Assembly: GCA_963808235.1 (NCBI GenBank)
Contig: CAWEEQ010000004.1
Coordinates: 2,144,001 to 2,208,000, forward strand
DNA: 64,000 nt
Direction: 5' to 3'
Source of the DNA: an uncultured delta proteobacterium
GTDB lineage: Bacteria > Desulfobacterota > Binatia > Binatales > Binataceae
The notes beneath the pieces are model-generated. The model worked only from the letters and a program-made list of their open reading frames with translations, was not told the origin of the DNA and did not search any database. This document shows, one piece after another, positions 33,158 through 42,954 of this stretch (positions are counted from its first letter, which is position 1; each line of letters begins with the position of its first letter). The position numbers and the translations under genes are program-made.

Positions 33158-35499
33158 GTAATCAGACCTTCATTAGCGTCGGGCCTTACTGGGACATCAT
33201 CTACCGGCATCGGAGGGCCTTCTTTTCAACCCTCATAACGGGATTGGCGCTGACCGTTTTGGCGCTGTTTGTGATTCCCAAGCAATACACTTCATCGGCG
33301 CTGCTGGAAGTCTGGGACGCCGATGTTCAGCCCGCTTTGATTGGCGCGGAAACCGAAAAGAGCCCGCAGAATACTCACATTGAATCGAAGCTGGAGGCGC
33401 TCAGCCAACAGACCATCGCTCGCGCACGTCTTCAGGAATTGATCTCGAAGCACCGACTGTATCTTCGCGACGGCAAGCCTCAGCCCGGCGCGGCGGGAGA
33501 AATGGCCGGCGCGATATCGATTAGCATCCCCGAGTCAGTGTTGCAGTCAAAGGTGCCGAGTCGCTGGCAGAAATTGCTTCCTCCGGACGCGATCGAGATT
33601 TCGTTTCAATACGGCGATCCGGCCAAGGCGCAAGCGACGACGAACGATCTGGCGAATATTATGATCGAGGTGTATCGCCAGGAACTCGGTCAGCACAATG
33701 CGGAGACCGTCAATCTGATTTCGAGCCAACTGGACGAGACCCGGGCCAAGCTCGCCGAAAGCCAGCGCCAAATCAAAGTCCTGAAGGAGAAATATCGCGG
33801 GAGCTTGCCACAAGACCTCGATGACAACGTCAGGACCTTGCAGGCGCTTCAATTGCAGGTCGGACGATCCGCCCAGATCGCCAGCAAGGGCGAGGAAGCG
33901 GATGGAAGTTCGTCGACTCCGGCAAAAGCAAATACGCCCGACGCGGCGTTGGCGGCGTTGAAGACAAAGCTGGTTGCGCTTAACGCGCAGTATAGCGACG
34001 AGTATCCAGCGGTGATCGAGACCAAGTCGCAGATCGCCATCCTGGAGAAGGAAGTCGAGAACGAAGTCGCAAGCGAGGCCGCGAAATCCAGACCGAGCTC
34101 TGTCGCGCCTGCCCCCAACTCGGCCACCGGCTTGATCCAGCAGCAAATCGCCGACTATCAGCGCAAGATCGCCGAAACCCCGGCGCATGAGGAAGCTATC
34201 GCGGTCGTGAACCGCGACTTCGAAATCCTGTCGAACCGATATCACGAGCTCAGCAATCGTTTGTTTGAAGCTCGCGCCGACCAGGAAGTGTCTGAGCGCG
34301 GTCAGGGCGAGCGTTTGAAGGTGCTGCGGTCCGCGTCACATCCCACGAATCCATCTTATCCGGTTCCTCTTGTCGTGATTGGCGGTGGCATCGCAGCGAC
34401 GCTGTTCATGGCGCTGGCAATCCCGTTCGGGCTGTTCTACACGGATACTTCATTCAAAGACTCCGATGACATCAAAGCCGAGTTTACCGATGTCAACGCG
34501 ATTTCCATCTCGCGCGTGCCGGAGGTCGAACGCCGTTACCTGAACGGCGGGACGAAATCTGGGGAGGCTCCGCTCGCGCTGCCGGAAAATGGAGCCGCGG
34601 GCGACTCTCACTCAAACGGAGCCGAACGCTCCGCCAACGGCGCTCAAACCAACTCCGATGGCGTATCGGCTGACCAAAATGGCGCTAATGGAGATATGGG
34701 CCCTTACACGGGCCGCGAGGCAAGGTTTGCCCAGCGCTTTCCGGCGCCGCCCCTGGTGGCGGCTGGATCAGAGATCATCACCACCGCAGCTGACGAGTTC
34801 CAGCTGCTGGCCTTCAAGCTGAGAGGATGGGCGGCCCAGCACGAAAACGCGAAGGTATTCGTCGTTGCGAGCGCCGTCGGAGGCGAGGGAAAGAGTTTTA
34901 TCGCGTTGAACCTGGCGGCCGCGCTGGCCGTATCAGGGAGCGGCGCTCTGTTGATCGACGCCGATATTCGCGCGCCCTTTCAGCATTATGCTTTTCCGGT
35001 GCCGAAAGTGGACGGGCTGCTCGGATATCTGCAGGGAACCACGGAATTCGCTGCCACCGTCCTGGCTACGCCCGTGCCTGGTCTCAGCCTGCTGCCCTCG
35101 GGAGGAACGAGCAACCGCGCGCCGGAATACCTCGCTTCCTCCAAAATGGACCAGTTGATGGATACCTTGAAGAACAGCGGTGCCTATCAGTACATCATAA
35201 TCGATACGCCGCCTGCATTGCTGGTTCCGGATGCCCAGATTCTGTCCCGGGCGGGCGACGGCACAATTCTCGTAACCGCCGCCGACAGCACCTCACGCGC
35301 CGCGACCACCAAAACGTTTCTTATGTTCGATCCCGAGAGTTTGTTCGGCGTGGTGCTCAACCGGTTCAAGCCTTCCTATTCCACGGTGCGCAGCGAGCGC
35401 TATGGCCGCTACGGACGGTACGGCCGATATGGGCGCTACGGGAAATACTCGAAATACTCGAAGTACTCGAAGTACGCGAACAATGAATCGAGCGAATGA
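33154..35499 (+). CDS. wzc: Polysaccharide co-polymerase / BY-kinase (Wzc)
   Basis: Wzz-like periplasmic coiled coil (YSDEYPAV); Walker A GEGKS, LIDAD and IIIDTPP motifs; C-terminal Tyr cluster; ATG overlaps the previous stop. Confidence 0.93.
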   Translation: MSNQTFISVGPYWDIIYRHRRAFFSTLITGLALTVLALFVIPKQYTSSALLEVWDADVQPALIGAETEKSPQNTHIESKLEALSQQTIARARLQELISKHRLYLRDGKPQPGAAGEMAGAISISIPESVLQSKVPSRWQKLLPPDAIEISFQYGDPAKAQATTNDLANIMIEVYRQELGQHNAETVNLISSQLDETRAKLAESQRQIKVLKEKYRGSLPQDLDDNVRTLQALQLQVGRSAQIASKGEEADGSSSTPAKANTPDAALAALKTKLVALNAQYSDEYPAVIETKSQIAILEKEVENEVASEAAKSRPSSVAPAPNSATGLIQQQIADYQRKIAETPAHEEAIAVVNRDFEILSNRYHELSNRLFEARADQEVSERGQGERLKVLRSASHPTNPSYPVPLVVIGGGIAATLFMALAIPFGLFYTDTSFKDSDDIKAEFTDVNAISISRVPEVERRYLNGGTKSGEAPLALPENGAAGDSHSNGAERSANGAQTNSDGVSADQNGANGDMGPYTGREARFAQRFPAPPLVAAGSEIITTAADEFQLLAFKLRGWAAQHENAKVFVVASAVGGEGKSFIALNLAAALAVSGSGALLIDADIRAPFQHYAFPVPKVDGLLGYLQGTTEFAATVLATPVPGLSLLPSGGTSNRAPEYLASSKMDQLMDTLKNSGAYQYIIIDTPPALLVPDAQILSRAGDGTILVTAADSTSRAATTKTFLMFDPESLFGVVLNRFKPSYSTVRSERYGRYGRYGRYGRYGKYSKYSKYSKYANNESSE
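35398..35478 (+). repeat. 9-nt tandem repeat encoding the Wzc tyrosine cluster (RYG)5(KYS)3KYA
   Basis: Direct translation of nine tripeptide units. Confidence 0.9.
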
Positions 35500-36749
35500 C
35501 TGACGGCGCGTTCAGCTTAAGCCCGCCAGGATCGTTCGCCTTAAGCGTCGATTCAGCTTTTCAAGACGAGGTGCGCGGCGAACTGGAGCGCCTGCTCGCG
35601 CGCGTTCGCAACTGCGCCGCCGCTCCATGCGTCGCCGGCGTGCTCCTGACCGGGAGTTTCGCTCGCGGTGAGGGAACCGTAATTCCTCATCCTCAAACCA
35701 AAAGCCGATGGTTGAGCGACGTCGAGTGCCTGGTGGTGGTTCGCGGCGGCATCGTTTCGAACCGGGAACTTGATCGGTCGATGCGGCAAGTCGAGATGGA
35801 CACCAACTCCGACGCTGTCAACGCCGCGCGTGGAATCAAGGTTGAATTGCGCGCCATTCTGAGCCAGGGGATGACTCGCCTGCGGCCCGGGATCTCTACC
35901 CGTGAGTTGTGCGAGCATGCAAAACTGCTTTGGGGTGATCCGGCCGAGATTCCTTTTCCGGGCATGTCGGCGAGCGGAGAAGCTATATCCAAATCTGACG
36001 CATTTCGCTTGCTGAACAATCGGATCATCGAACAAATTGCAGTACGCAGTGAGTATACGGACCGTGCCAACGATAGTACTACGACTGCATACTCACTGGC
36101 CAAATTCTGGATCGATCTGGGGACCTCACTGTCGGTTTTTCTGGGATGCTACCAGCCGGGATATCGAAGCAGGCAAAAGCCGGTCGAAGATGCGCTCTGC
36201 GCGCACCAGGATATTTTGGGAACCGAAATGAGCGGCCGGCTCCTCTCCCATTTCCGCAACGCGATGGCTCAAAAGCTCTGCCAAACTGGATTCCCGTCCG
36301 GAGATCTCGATCCCGAGTTCAACGAGGCGGTTGAGATTGCCCGCGCGATCTGGAACTGGGAAAGCGACCAGCTTCTGGGCACCAGCACGGCTGCGGGCGA
36401 TTGGCGCGGGATCTTCGCACGGCTGAGCGGAATCGAGACCGCCGCACACCGTTTTCGTGACTGGGCGCGAGTATTGCGCAGGCCGTCCGGATTGCGTCAG
36501 CTGGGAGCGCGCGCGATGCTTGCCGCGGCGCGGGCCGGTTCGCTCGCCACGCTCATATACGGAACCGGATGCGTGATCGATTTCTTCTGGGAAGAGATCG
36601 GATCGGATAGAGGCCGGGGGAGCGAGATGATGGCCGAGCTTTGCCGGGCTCTCGGTGTTGAAGCGCAGGACCCATCGGAACGCAGGCGGCTGCTGACGCG
36701 CGCGACGCTCGGGGCCTGGGAGAATCATTTGAGGTTCGCCGCCGCATGA
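35496..36749 (+). CDS. Nucleotidyltransferase-fold (Pol-beta-like) protein
   Basis: VLLTGSFARGEG...SDVECLVV resembles the GS...DxD motif, with Glu at the second acidic position; LLNNR helical domain. Confidence 0.65.
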   Translation: MTDGAFSLSPPGSFALSVDSAFQDEVRGELERLLARVRNCAAAPCVAGVLLTGSFARGEGTVIPHPQTKSRWLSDVECLVVVRGGIVSNRELDRSMRQVEMDTNSDAVNAARGIKVELRAILSQGMTRLRPGISTRELCEHAKLLWGDPAEIPFPGMSASGEAISKSDAFRLLNNRIIEQIAVRSEYTDRANDSTTTAYSLAKFWIDLGTSLSVFLGCYQPGYRSRQKPVEDALCAHQDILGTEMSGRLLSHFRNAMAQKLCQTGFPSGDLDPEFNEAVEIARAIWNWESDQLLGTSTAAGDWRGIFARLSGIETAAHRFRDWARVLRRPSGLRQLGARAMLAAARAGSLATLIYGTGCVIDFFWEEIGSDRGRGSEMMAELCRALGVEAQDPSERRRLLTRATLGAWENHLRFAAA

Positions 36750-36768
36750 AGAGGACGGGCTTAGCGCG

Positions 36769-38046
36769 GTGATTCTTTATTTCCTATTTCTGTTCCTCGT
36801 TCCGTTCCAGGAGCATCCGATTCTGGGCGCGCCGCTCTTCGTGGTCGGACAATTTCCGTTCACGCCGATTAAATTGGTGGGAATTCCCCTGATCGTCGCC
36901 GTGCTGCTGCTTTCGCGGCCGCCTGACGCGGCGCCGCGTCCAGGCGTCGTGATTCTGTTGCTGTTTACCGCATTCGCGCTGTTTCAAGTGGTCGGGACGA
37001 CCCTGTCTTCCTTAAACTTTCCGGCGACTGATGCATCGACCCTGTTTTCCTTTGCGATCCTGATGTTCGCGACGAATATCCTGATCACCACTAAACACAG
37101 ATTGCAAATGACTATTCGCACGATTGTGCTGGTCGAAACTTACGCCAGCACCTGGCTGTACAAGCAGTATTACATTTATCACTGGCCGCGCCCGATTGGC
37201 CCGTCGAACGACCCCAACTATGAGGCACTCTCCCTGGTCATCGCGGTACCGCTCGCAATCTGGTTGGCGCGCCAGGAAGTTCGCCCTTTGTGGAAATGGA
37301 TCGGCCGGGTTTGCAGCCCGATTCTTATTTTTGCAGTGTTCGTCTCGCAGTCGCGAGGGGCGTTGCTAGCGCTGGTTGTGATGACCGTGCTGGCGTGGAT
37401 GAATTCCCGGCACAAATTCCGATTGGCGGTTGGATTCGCCGCCGCTGCAACCCTCTTGTTAGCGATTTCTCCTAACCAAATGATTCAGCGAATCCAGGAT
37501 ATTCAATTTCAGGGAACGGCGAAGTCTGGCGCTGGAGAGTCGACGCGAGTTCGCGTCGAGCTGGCGCGATCCGGAATCCACATGATGGAGTCGCATCCGG
37601 TTTTTGGTGTAGGGCTTGGGCAATTCAAGTCGTTTGAATTTCACTACAACTCCATACTGGAAGAGCTTGAGCCAGACCCTAAAGTCGCGCACAACACTTA
37701 CGTGCAGCTCGGTGCGGAGGGAGGAATACCCACGCTGGCGCTATATCTGGCAATTCTGGCGGTGACCCTGGCGATCTGCAGGAGTGCGCAGAAGTCGCCG
37801 GGCGTGCCCGAGGATATCGCGGCGCTCGCATTGTCATTTCAGATCGGGCTGATTGGCATCATGGTGGCAGAGTTCTTTCTCACCGCCCAATACATCAAGG
37901 GAGTCTGGGTATTCATCTCTCTTGCGCCAAATTTGTATGCAATTTCCATGTACCTTGCTGCCAATACGAAGAGCACCGCACCGGCTTCCGCGGCAGCGAG
38001 GGCGCAACCCGCGATAATTGTGACGCCACGCCGGCTTGCGGGATGA
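36769..38046 (+). CDS. O-antigen ligase / Wzy_C family protein (polymerase or O-glycosylation ligase)
   Basis: Multi-TM; DPNY, SQSRGALL, HPVFGVGLGQF and AHNTYVQLGAEGG motifs. Confidence 0.9.
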   Translation: MILYFLFLFLVPFQEHPILGAPLFVVGQFPFTPIKLVGIPLIVAVLLLSRPPDAAPRPGVVILLLFTAFALFQVVGTTLSSLNFPATDASTLFSFAILMFATNILITTKHRLQMTIRTIVLVETYASTWLYKQYYIYHWPRPIGPSNDPNYEALSLVIAVPLAIWLARQEVRPLWKWIGRVCSPILIFAVFVSQSRGALLALVVMTVLAWMNSRHKFRLAVGFAAAATLLLAISPNQMIQRIQDIQFQGTAKSGAGESTRVRVELARSGIHMMESHPVFGVGLGQFKSFEFHYNSILEELEPDPKVAHNTYVQLGAEGGIPTLALYLAILAVTLAICRSAQKSPGVPEDIAALALSFQIGLIGIMVAEFFLTAQYIKGVWVFISLAPNLYAISMYLAANTKSTAPASAAARAQPAIIVTPRRLAG

Positions 38047-38074
38047 CAACCTCAGTTCGGCTCGAGATGGTCCG

Positions 38075-38737
38075 ATGAAGTCACGGGGTCTCCTGAGTCG
38101 CGTCCTTTATCATTCGCCTTTCTTCGCGCTGGTTGCGGCGCGGTATCCGTATTTTTTCACGCCGGCGCAGCTCGCTTATTTGTGCGATTGTCTCGATCGG
38201 ACCCTTGATCTTCCCGGGTGCATCGTAGAGGTCGGATGCGCCCGCGGATTCACGACGATCTTTCTCAATCGCCATCTACGGGCTCGGGGCATCCAGAAGC
38301 CATACTATGCCCTCGACACATTCGGCGGATTCACCGGCCGCGACGTCAGCCACGAGGTCGAAGCTCGCGGCAAGAGCCCACGCTTGGGCACCCACTTTAC
38401 AGTCAACGATCAGCGGTGGTTCGACCGTTCCATGCAACTCGCCGGATGCAGCAATGTCCGTTCGATCAAATGCGATGCGGTCGAATTCGACTACTCTTCA
38501 CTCGGCCCGATTGCATTAGCTTTGTGCGACGTGGATCTGTACCTGCCAAGCAAGTCGGCTTTGAAGGGAACCTATGACCACTTGCTGCCCGGTGGCATTA
38601 TCGTCTGCGACGATTGCGTACCTTCTGGATGCTATGATGGAGCTCTGCTGGCGTATCAGGAGATGGTGGCTGAAAACGGCTGCGCGCAAAGTATCGTTCA
38701 CGATAAGCTGGGAGTCATCGCGAAATCTCCGTCCTGA
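38075..38737 (+). CDS. TylF/MycF-like SAM-dependent O-methyltransferase
   Basis: PGCIVEVGCARG, DTFGGF, DVDLY and GGIIVCDD motifs; alternative TTG start at 38036. Confidence 0.85.
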   Translation: MKSRGLLSRVLYHSPFFALVAARYPYFFTPAQLAYLCDCLDRTLDLPGCIVEVGCARGFTTIFLNRHLRARGIQKPYYALDTFGGFTGRDVSHEVEARGKSPRLGTHFTVNDQRWFDRSMQLAGCSNVRSIKCDAVEFDYSSLGPIALALCDVDLYLPSKSALKGTYDHLLPGGIIVCDDCVPSGCYDGALLAYQEMVAENGCAQSIVHDKLGVIAKSPS

Positions 38738-38755
38738 ATCACGCCTGCGCACCGG

Positions 38756-39928
38756 ATGAAGATCCTGCTCGTTTCAGAGATGATTCCGTGGCTGCCGAGT
38801 CATGACGGTTTCCGGCTGATACCCGCAAACCTCATTCGTAATCTCTCCGATCATGTCGAAATTCACCTGATCGCGGTGTCAGATCGCGGAGCAGGCGACG
38901 AGCGATCGGAGTGGCCGCGCGCGTATTGCCGATCGGTCTCGATTTTTCGTTCCGATCATGGAATTAGCGCCCGAATGCGCTCGATAAAGGGTGCGGTTGA
39001 TCCTTCGCTGGCGCGGCTGGTCGCAGACACGGTGGCAAAAGTGCGCCCGGACGTCCTCCATCTCGAAGGCGGAGGATTAGCACCTCTGCTTCGCTCGGCG
39101 TCGCGCGGTTTGCCCGCGATTCTCTCCGTTCACGACTCGAAGGCGTTGCGCTACCTGGAATTCGCCGGCTTTGCCGCGGCGCCGCGAAAGCGGATTCGTC
39201 TGAAGCTTCTCTCAGTTCTCGCTCGTCGCCAGGAGCGCCGATGGTTTGGCTATGCGGACCGCGTCGTAGTCACCTCCCCATTCGACGCACAGGCGCTGTC
39301 GGCCGCGGTGAAAGCAGATCAAATCGCAGTGATACCCAACGGCGTCGACCTTGAGTATTTCGACTACCGGCCGGCACCGGAGGCTGGACGAATCGTTTTC
39401 ACCGGCAATATGAGCTGGCCGCCCAATGAAGATGCGGCCGAACATTTTGTTCGGGACGTCATGCCGGCAATCCAGAACCGGATTCCCGGCGCGTCATTCT
39501 GGATCGTAGGCGCCGAGCCATCGGCACGAGTCCGAAGCCTCGCGACCATTCCAGGAATTCACGTCACTGGGACCGTCGCCGACATTCGGCCCTGGTTTTG
39601 GAGTGCGGCCGCCTATGTCAGTCCGCTGAGATTTGGACTCGGCGTAAAGAACAAAATTCTCGAGGCGATGGCTCTGGGAGCGCCCATCGTTGCAACGTCG
39701 CAGAGCCTTACCGGAACGCCATTGATTGACGGACGTCACGCGATGATTGCCGATGACGATACAAAATTCGCTGAGTCGGTTATCAGGCTTCTGGACGAGC
39801 CCGAGCTCGGGAACTCGCTGTCGCGCGAGGCGCGTCGCCTGGTCGAGGCGGAGTATTCCTGGCACTCGATCGCGTCGGCATTTGAAGAACTGTATGGCGA
39901 GATCTTGAAGCGACGCGATGCCGCATAG
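38756..39928 (+). CDS. Glycosyltransferase family 4
   Basis: IPNGVD, FTGNMSWPPNEDA and GVKNKILEAMA motifs. Confidence 0.93.
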   Translation: MKILLVSEMIPWLPSHDGFRLIPANLIRNLSDHVEIHLIAVSDRGAGDERSEWPRAYCRSVSIFRSDHGISARMRSIKGAVDPSLARLVADTVAKVRPDVLHLEGGGLAPLLRSASRGLPAILSVHDSKALRYLEFAGFAAAPRKRIRLKLLSVLARRQERRWFGYADRVVVTSPFDAQALSAAVKADQIAVIPNGVDLEYFDYRPAPEAGRIVFTGNMSWPPNEDAAEHFVRDVMPAIQNRIPGASFWIVGAEPSARVRSLATIPGIHVTGTVADIRPWFWSAAAYVSPLRFGLGVKNKILEAMALGAPIVATSQSLTGTPLIDGRHAMIADDDTKFAESVIRLLDEPELGNSLSREARRLVEAEYSWHSIASAFEELYGEILKRRDAA

Positions 39929-39937
39929 CGGGGGAGT

Positions 39938-41068
39938 CTATCCGGCCGGGCGACTGGCCTCGCCACCGTCAGCCGCAGGCGGCGGATGCTCACTGATGAT
40001 CTGCGATGGTACCGAATCCCTCGCCAGAGCTTTCCCCCGTCGGCGCCGCGGCATCAAGCCGCGCTGGATTACTTTCAATGCCACGGCTCGTGGCAGCAGT
40101 GCGGCGAGCGGAAACCAGAGCGTGTGAAAAAGCCTGCTTCGAAGGTTGTATCCGGGATTTCGCCAGGTGGATCTGATTCCCATGCAGATCAGGCGCGTGG
40201 CGCGATCGTCGATTACTGGGTGATGGGTCGGGTCGACACGCAATGAGGCCAATCGGTACTTCAGATGCGCCGGCTCACGCGCGGCCCACTCGCGCGGGAT
40301 TGTGAACCCTGCGCTCCCGGCGAACTCGGACAGCGCCCATTCGCGTTGCAGATCGATGACTATCTTGACGCGCAACTTTCGCGAATCCAGTCCCTCGCCC
40401 AGCATCCCATGATTGGACTCGTGAATCCGGTAACAACCGAGAGTTTTTCTGAGCGAAATTACATCGCCCAAAAACGGCGCAATGATTTCCAGCGAGGTGT
40501 CGGCCGCCTGATGCCACTGTGATTCGGGCAACGGCAGAAGGCGGTCGAGAACCGTTCGCGCGAACGCGTTCCCGCTGGTTGGAACTCCGATGTAGCCGCC
40601 CGCATCGAGGATCGACGCCCGCAGGTCCCCCTGGGCCATCTGCGCCGGCGAATATGGAACGATTCCTCCAAGCGCACCTCCATCCGCGTCGATATGGGCA
40701 AGAACGAATTGCGCCTTCGCCACGCCCGGACGCCACGCTCGCACGACCTCTTCGACCGCATTGGGCAGCAGCAAATCGTCCGCGTCGAGAAACATCACGA
40801 TAGTTCCGTGACTTGCGAGAAATCCCGCGTTGAATGCGGATGCGTGGCCGCCGTTTGGCTTGAAGATCGCGCATACACGGCTGCCGTAACTTGAAACTAC
40901 CTCGCGGGAATTGTCGGTCGAACCATCATCGACGACTACTACTTCGAGCGGCGCATAAGTCTGCGCGAGGGCGCTGTCCACCGCCGCACGCAGGAAGCGA
41001 GCATAGTTGAAATTGTCAATTATGACAGATACGAGCGGTCCGGAATCGCGCCGAATTTCCGAAGTCAT
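39938..41068 (-). CDS. Glycosyltransferase family 2
   Basis: VSVIIDNFNY, VDDGSTD and FLDADD motifs; paralog of 57806-58822. Confidence 0.93.
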   Translation of the reverse strand: MTSEIRRDSGPLVSVIIDNFNYARFLRAAVDSALAQTYAPLEVVVVDDGSTDNSREVVSSYGSRVCAIFKPNGGHASAFNAGFLASHGTIVMFLDADDLLLPNAVEEVVRAWRPGVAKAQFVLAHIDADGGALGGIVPYSPAQMAQGDLRASILDAGGYIGVPTSGNAFARTVLDRLLPLPESQWHQAADTSLEIIAPFLGDVISLRKTLGCYRIHESNHGMLGEGLDSRKLRVKIVIDLQREWALSEFAGSAGFTIPREWAAREPAHLKYRLASLRVDPTHHPVIDDRATRLICMGIRSTWRNPGYNLRSRLFHTLWFPLAALLPRAVALKVIQRGLMPRRRRGKALARDSVPSQIISEHPPPAADGGEASRPAG

Positions 41069-41992
41069 TTATCGGGTCAACGTTGAGTCAGTTACCGCCT
41101 TCTTCTGAGTCTTCTGGCGCAGCGCGCCGGGCTTCCAAGATGAGAGATCTCTTCCCGTCAACCGTTCTAACTCTTTCGTCTCGGGAAGCATCATGTGCCG
41201 AATCTCGTCGGCGGAGGATTCGCTGAGCGGTTGATAGTCCTCCGCGAATAGCGGGCGCATCCGTTGTCCAACGCGCGACTCTTTAGTGCGACGTATCAGC
41301 GCCGATCCGCCGAGATGAGCGAGCCATTGAATTGAACCTATCGCAAGTCCGGAAATGGGGTTATCTCGCGCCCGGGACCATACCGACAATACCTTGACAT
41401 CGTTTACCGGCGATTTTTCCAGACCCACTCTCGGGACTCCGACGAAGTCGCAGACCTTGTTCAGGTAGACTTGAGGATCGGACATCAACTCTTCGTAAAA
41501 TAACACCAGCACGCGATCGCTGCCGAATGCGTCCTGCCACCTGCGCAGCTGGGTTGCGTAGCCGCAGAGATCCGATCCCCAATGCACCAGAGACAGCCAA
41601 TATCTGTCGAAATCAACAGATCGTTGTAGCAGGCGCCCCCTGCACATAAACCGATACTGCGAATACAAGCGCGTCGCCGGATCGCGAAGGGTGCAAATTA
41701 TCTTGCAGTTCGGAATGTCACGCTGAATCTTTTCTCGAGCTACGGCATTTGCAAAGTAAGACGGCGCAACCTCGCCGCAATGGAACTCTGGCGGGGCATC
41801 CTTGAAAAAATCAGCGTACCACTTCAGGCCGAGATGGTACCGCAACTCGAAAAATTGCGTCTCCTTCTCGGCGGGCAGGCATACGTGATCGCGCAGCGCC
41901 TCGTGCAGCCAGGTCGTTCCAGTGCGGGGCGGTCCGACGTGTATAAAGTCTGGAAGGCGTAGAGGCTTTCCGTTGCCAGCTTCGATATCCAT
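41069..41992 (-). CDS. PAPS-dependent sulfotransferase 1
   Basis: 5'-PSB loop GPPRTGTTWL, KETQFF and 3'-PB LRDPATRLYSQY motifs; ATG 41992 preferred over GTG 42058. Confidence 0.9.
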   Translation of the reverse strand: MDIEAGNGKPLRLPDFIHVGPPRTGTTWLHEALRDHVCLPAEKETQFFELRYHLGLKWYADFFKDAPPEFHCGEVAPSYFANAVAREKIQRDIPNCKIICTLRDPATRLYSQYRFMCRGRLLQRSVDFDRYWLSLVHWGSDLCGYATQLRRWQDAFGSDRVLVLFYEELMSDPQVYLNKVCDFVGVPRVGLEKSPVNDVKVLSVWSRARDNPISGLAIGSIQWLAHLGGSALIRRTKESRVGQRMRPLFAEDYQPLSESSADEIRHMMLPETKELERLTGRDLSSWKPGALRQKTQKKAVTDSTLTR

Positions 41993-42017
41993 AAGCGTTT
42001 GTGCAGTCCGTACCGTG

Positions 42018-42953
42018 TTATCCAGAGAGTGACCGAACCTCCCCACGACGGTCGTCAATTATCCGTCCGGCCGAGGACTTCCAGCTCGAAAGGTCTCTGC
42101 CAGTAATTCGTTCAAGCTCCTCGGTTTCAGGGAGCATCATAGCGCGGATCTCCTCAGCCGATTCCCGACTGAGGGGCGGGAAGTCCTCGACGAAGGGCCG
42201 CCGCATGATTTTCCATAGCGCAGTACGCTGGCCGAGTTTTATCAATGGACCCGCGCCATGGCGAGATACCCAATCGACAGCCTCGACGGTGCGACGGGCA
42301 ATCGCGCTGGCGCGGGCGGCCGCGGGGGCCGAATATACCTTCGCAGCTCCGACTCTGGACTGATCCAGCGCAATGCGCCGCGCTCCGATAAAGTCGCAGA
42401 CCCGGTCCAGATAGCCTTGCGGATCCGAACTCAGATCTTCGTAGAACAGCACCAGTACGCGCGGATTTTCCAAACGTCGCTTGCCAGCGCTTGAGGTGAG
42501 TGGCGTAGCTGCACAGATCCGCGCCGCAGTGGATCTGGAAGCGCCAATAGCCGTCGAAGTCATCGATTCACAGGGCGGCGCTCCGATCGAAGCAGCCTAT
42601 AGAGGGAGTAGAGCCGGGCCGCCGGGTCGCGAAAAGTGACAATTATTTTGCAGTCAGGAATGTGGCATTTGATTCTTTCCCGCGCGATCGCATTGGAGAA
42701 ATAGGTGGGACCCATCTCTCCCGCCGGGAACATCGGCCGGATAGTCGCCGAACAGATTGCAGTACCACTCGACTCCGCGGTCGTAGCGGGCATCGAAGAA
42801 TCGGGTTTCCTTTTCACTCGGCAATCCGATGTGGCCCATCAATACCTCGTGCAACCAGGTCGTAGCCGTTCGAGGTGGGCCGACATGGATGAAACTGGGC
42901 AGTCGCGATCCTTTTCCGTTTCGCATTTCCCCTGAAGTCATAGTGTATGGCAC
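42018..42953 (-). pseudogene. PAPS-dependent sulfotransferase 2, frameshifted (probably a sequencing artefact)
   Basis: Fragments in different frames: GPPRTATTWL/KETRFF; GEMGPTYF...RDPAARLYS; VLVLFYEDL...TGRDLSSWK; colinear with sulfotransferase 1. Confidence 0.82.
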
Positions 42954-42954
42954 A

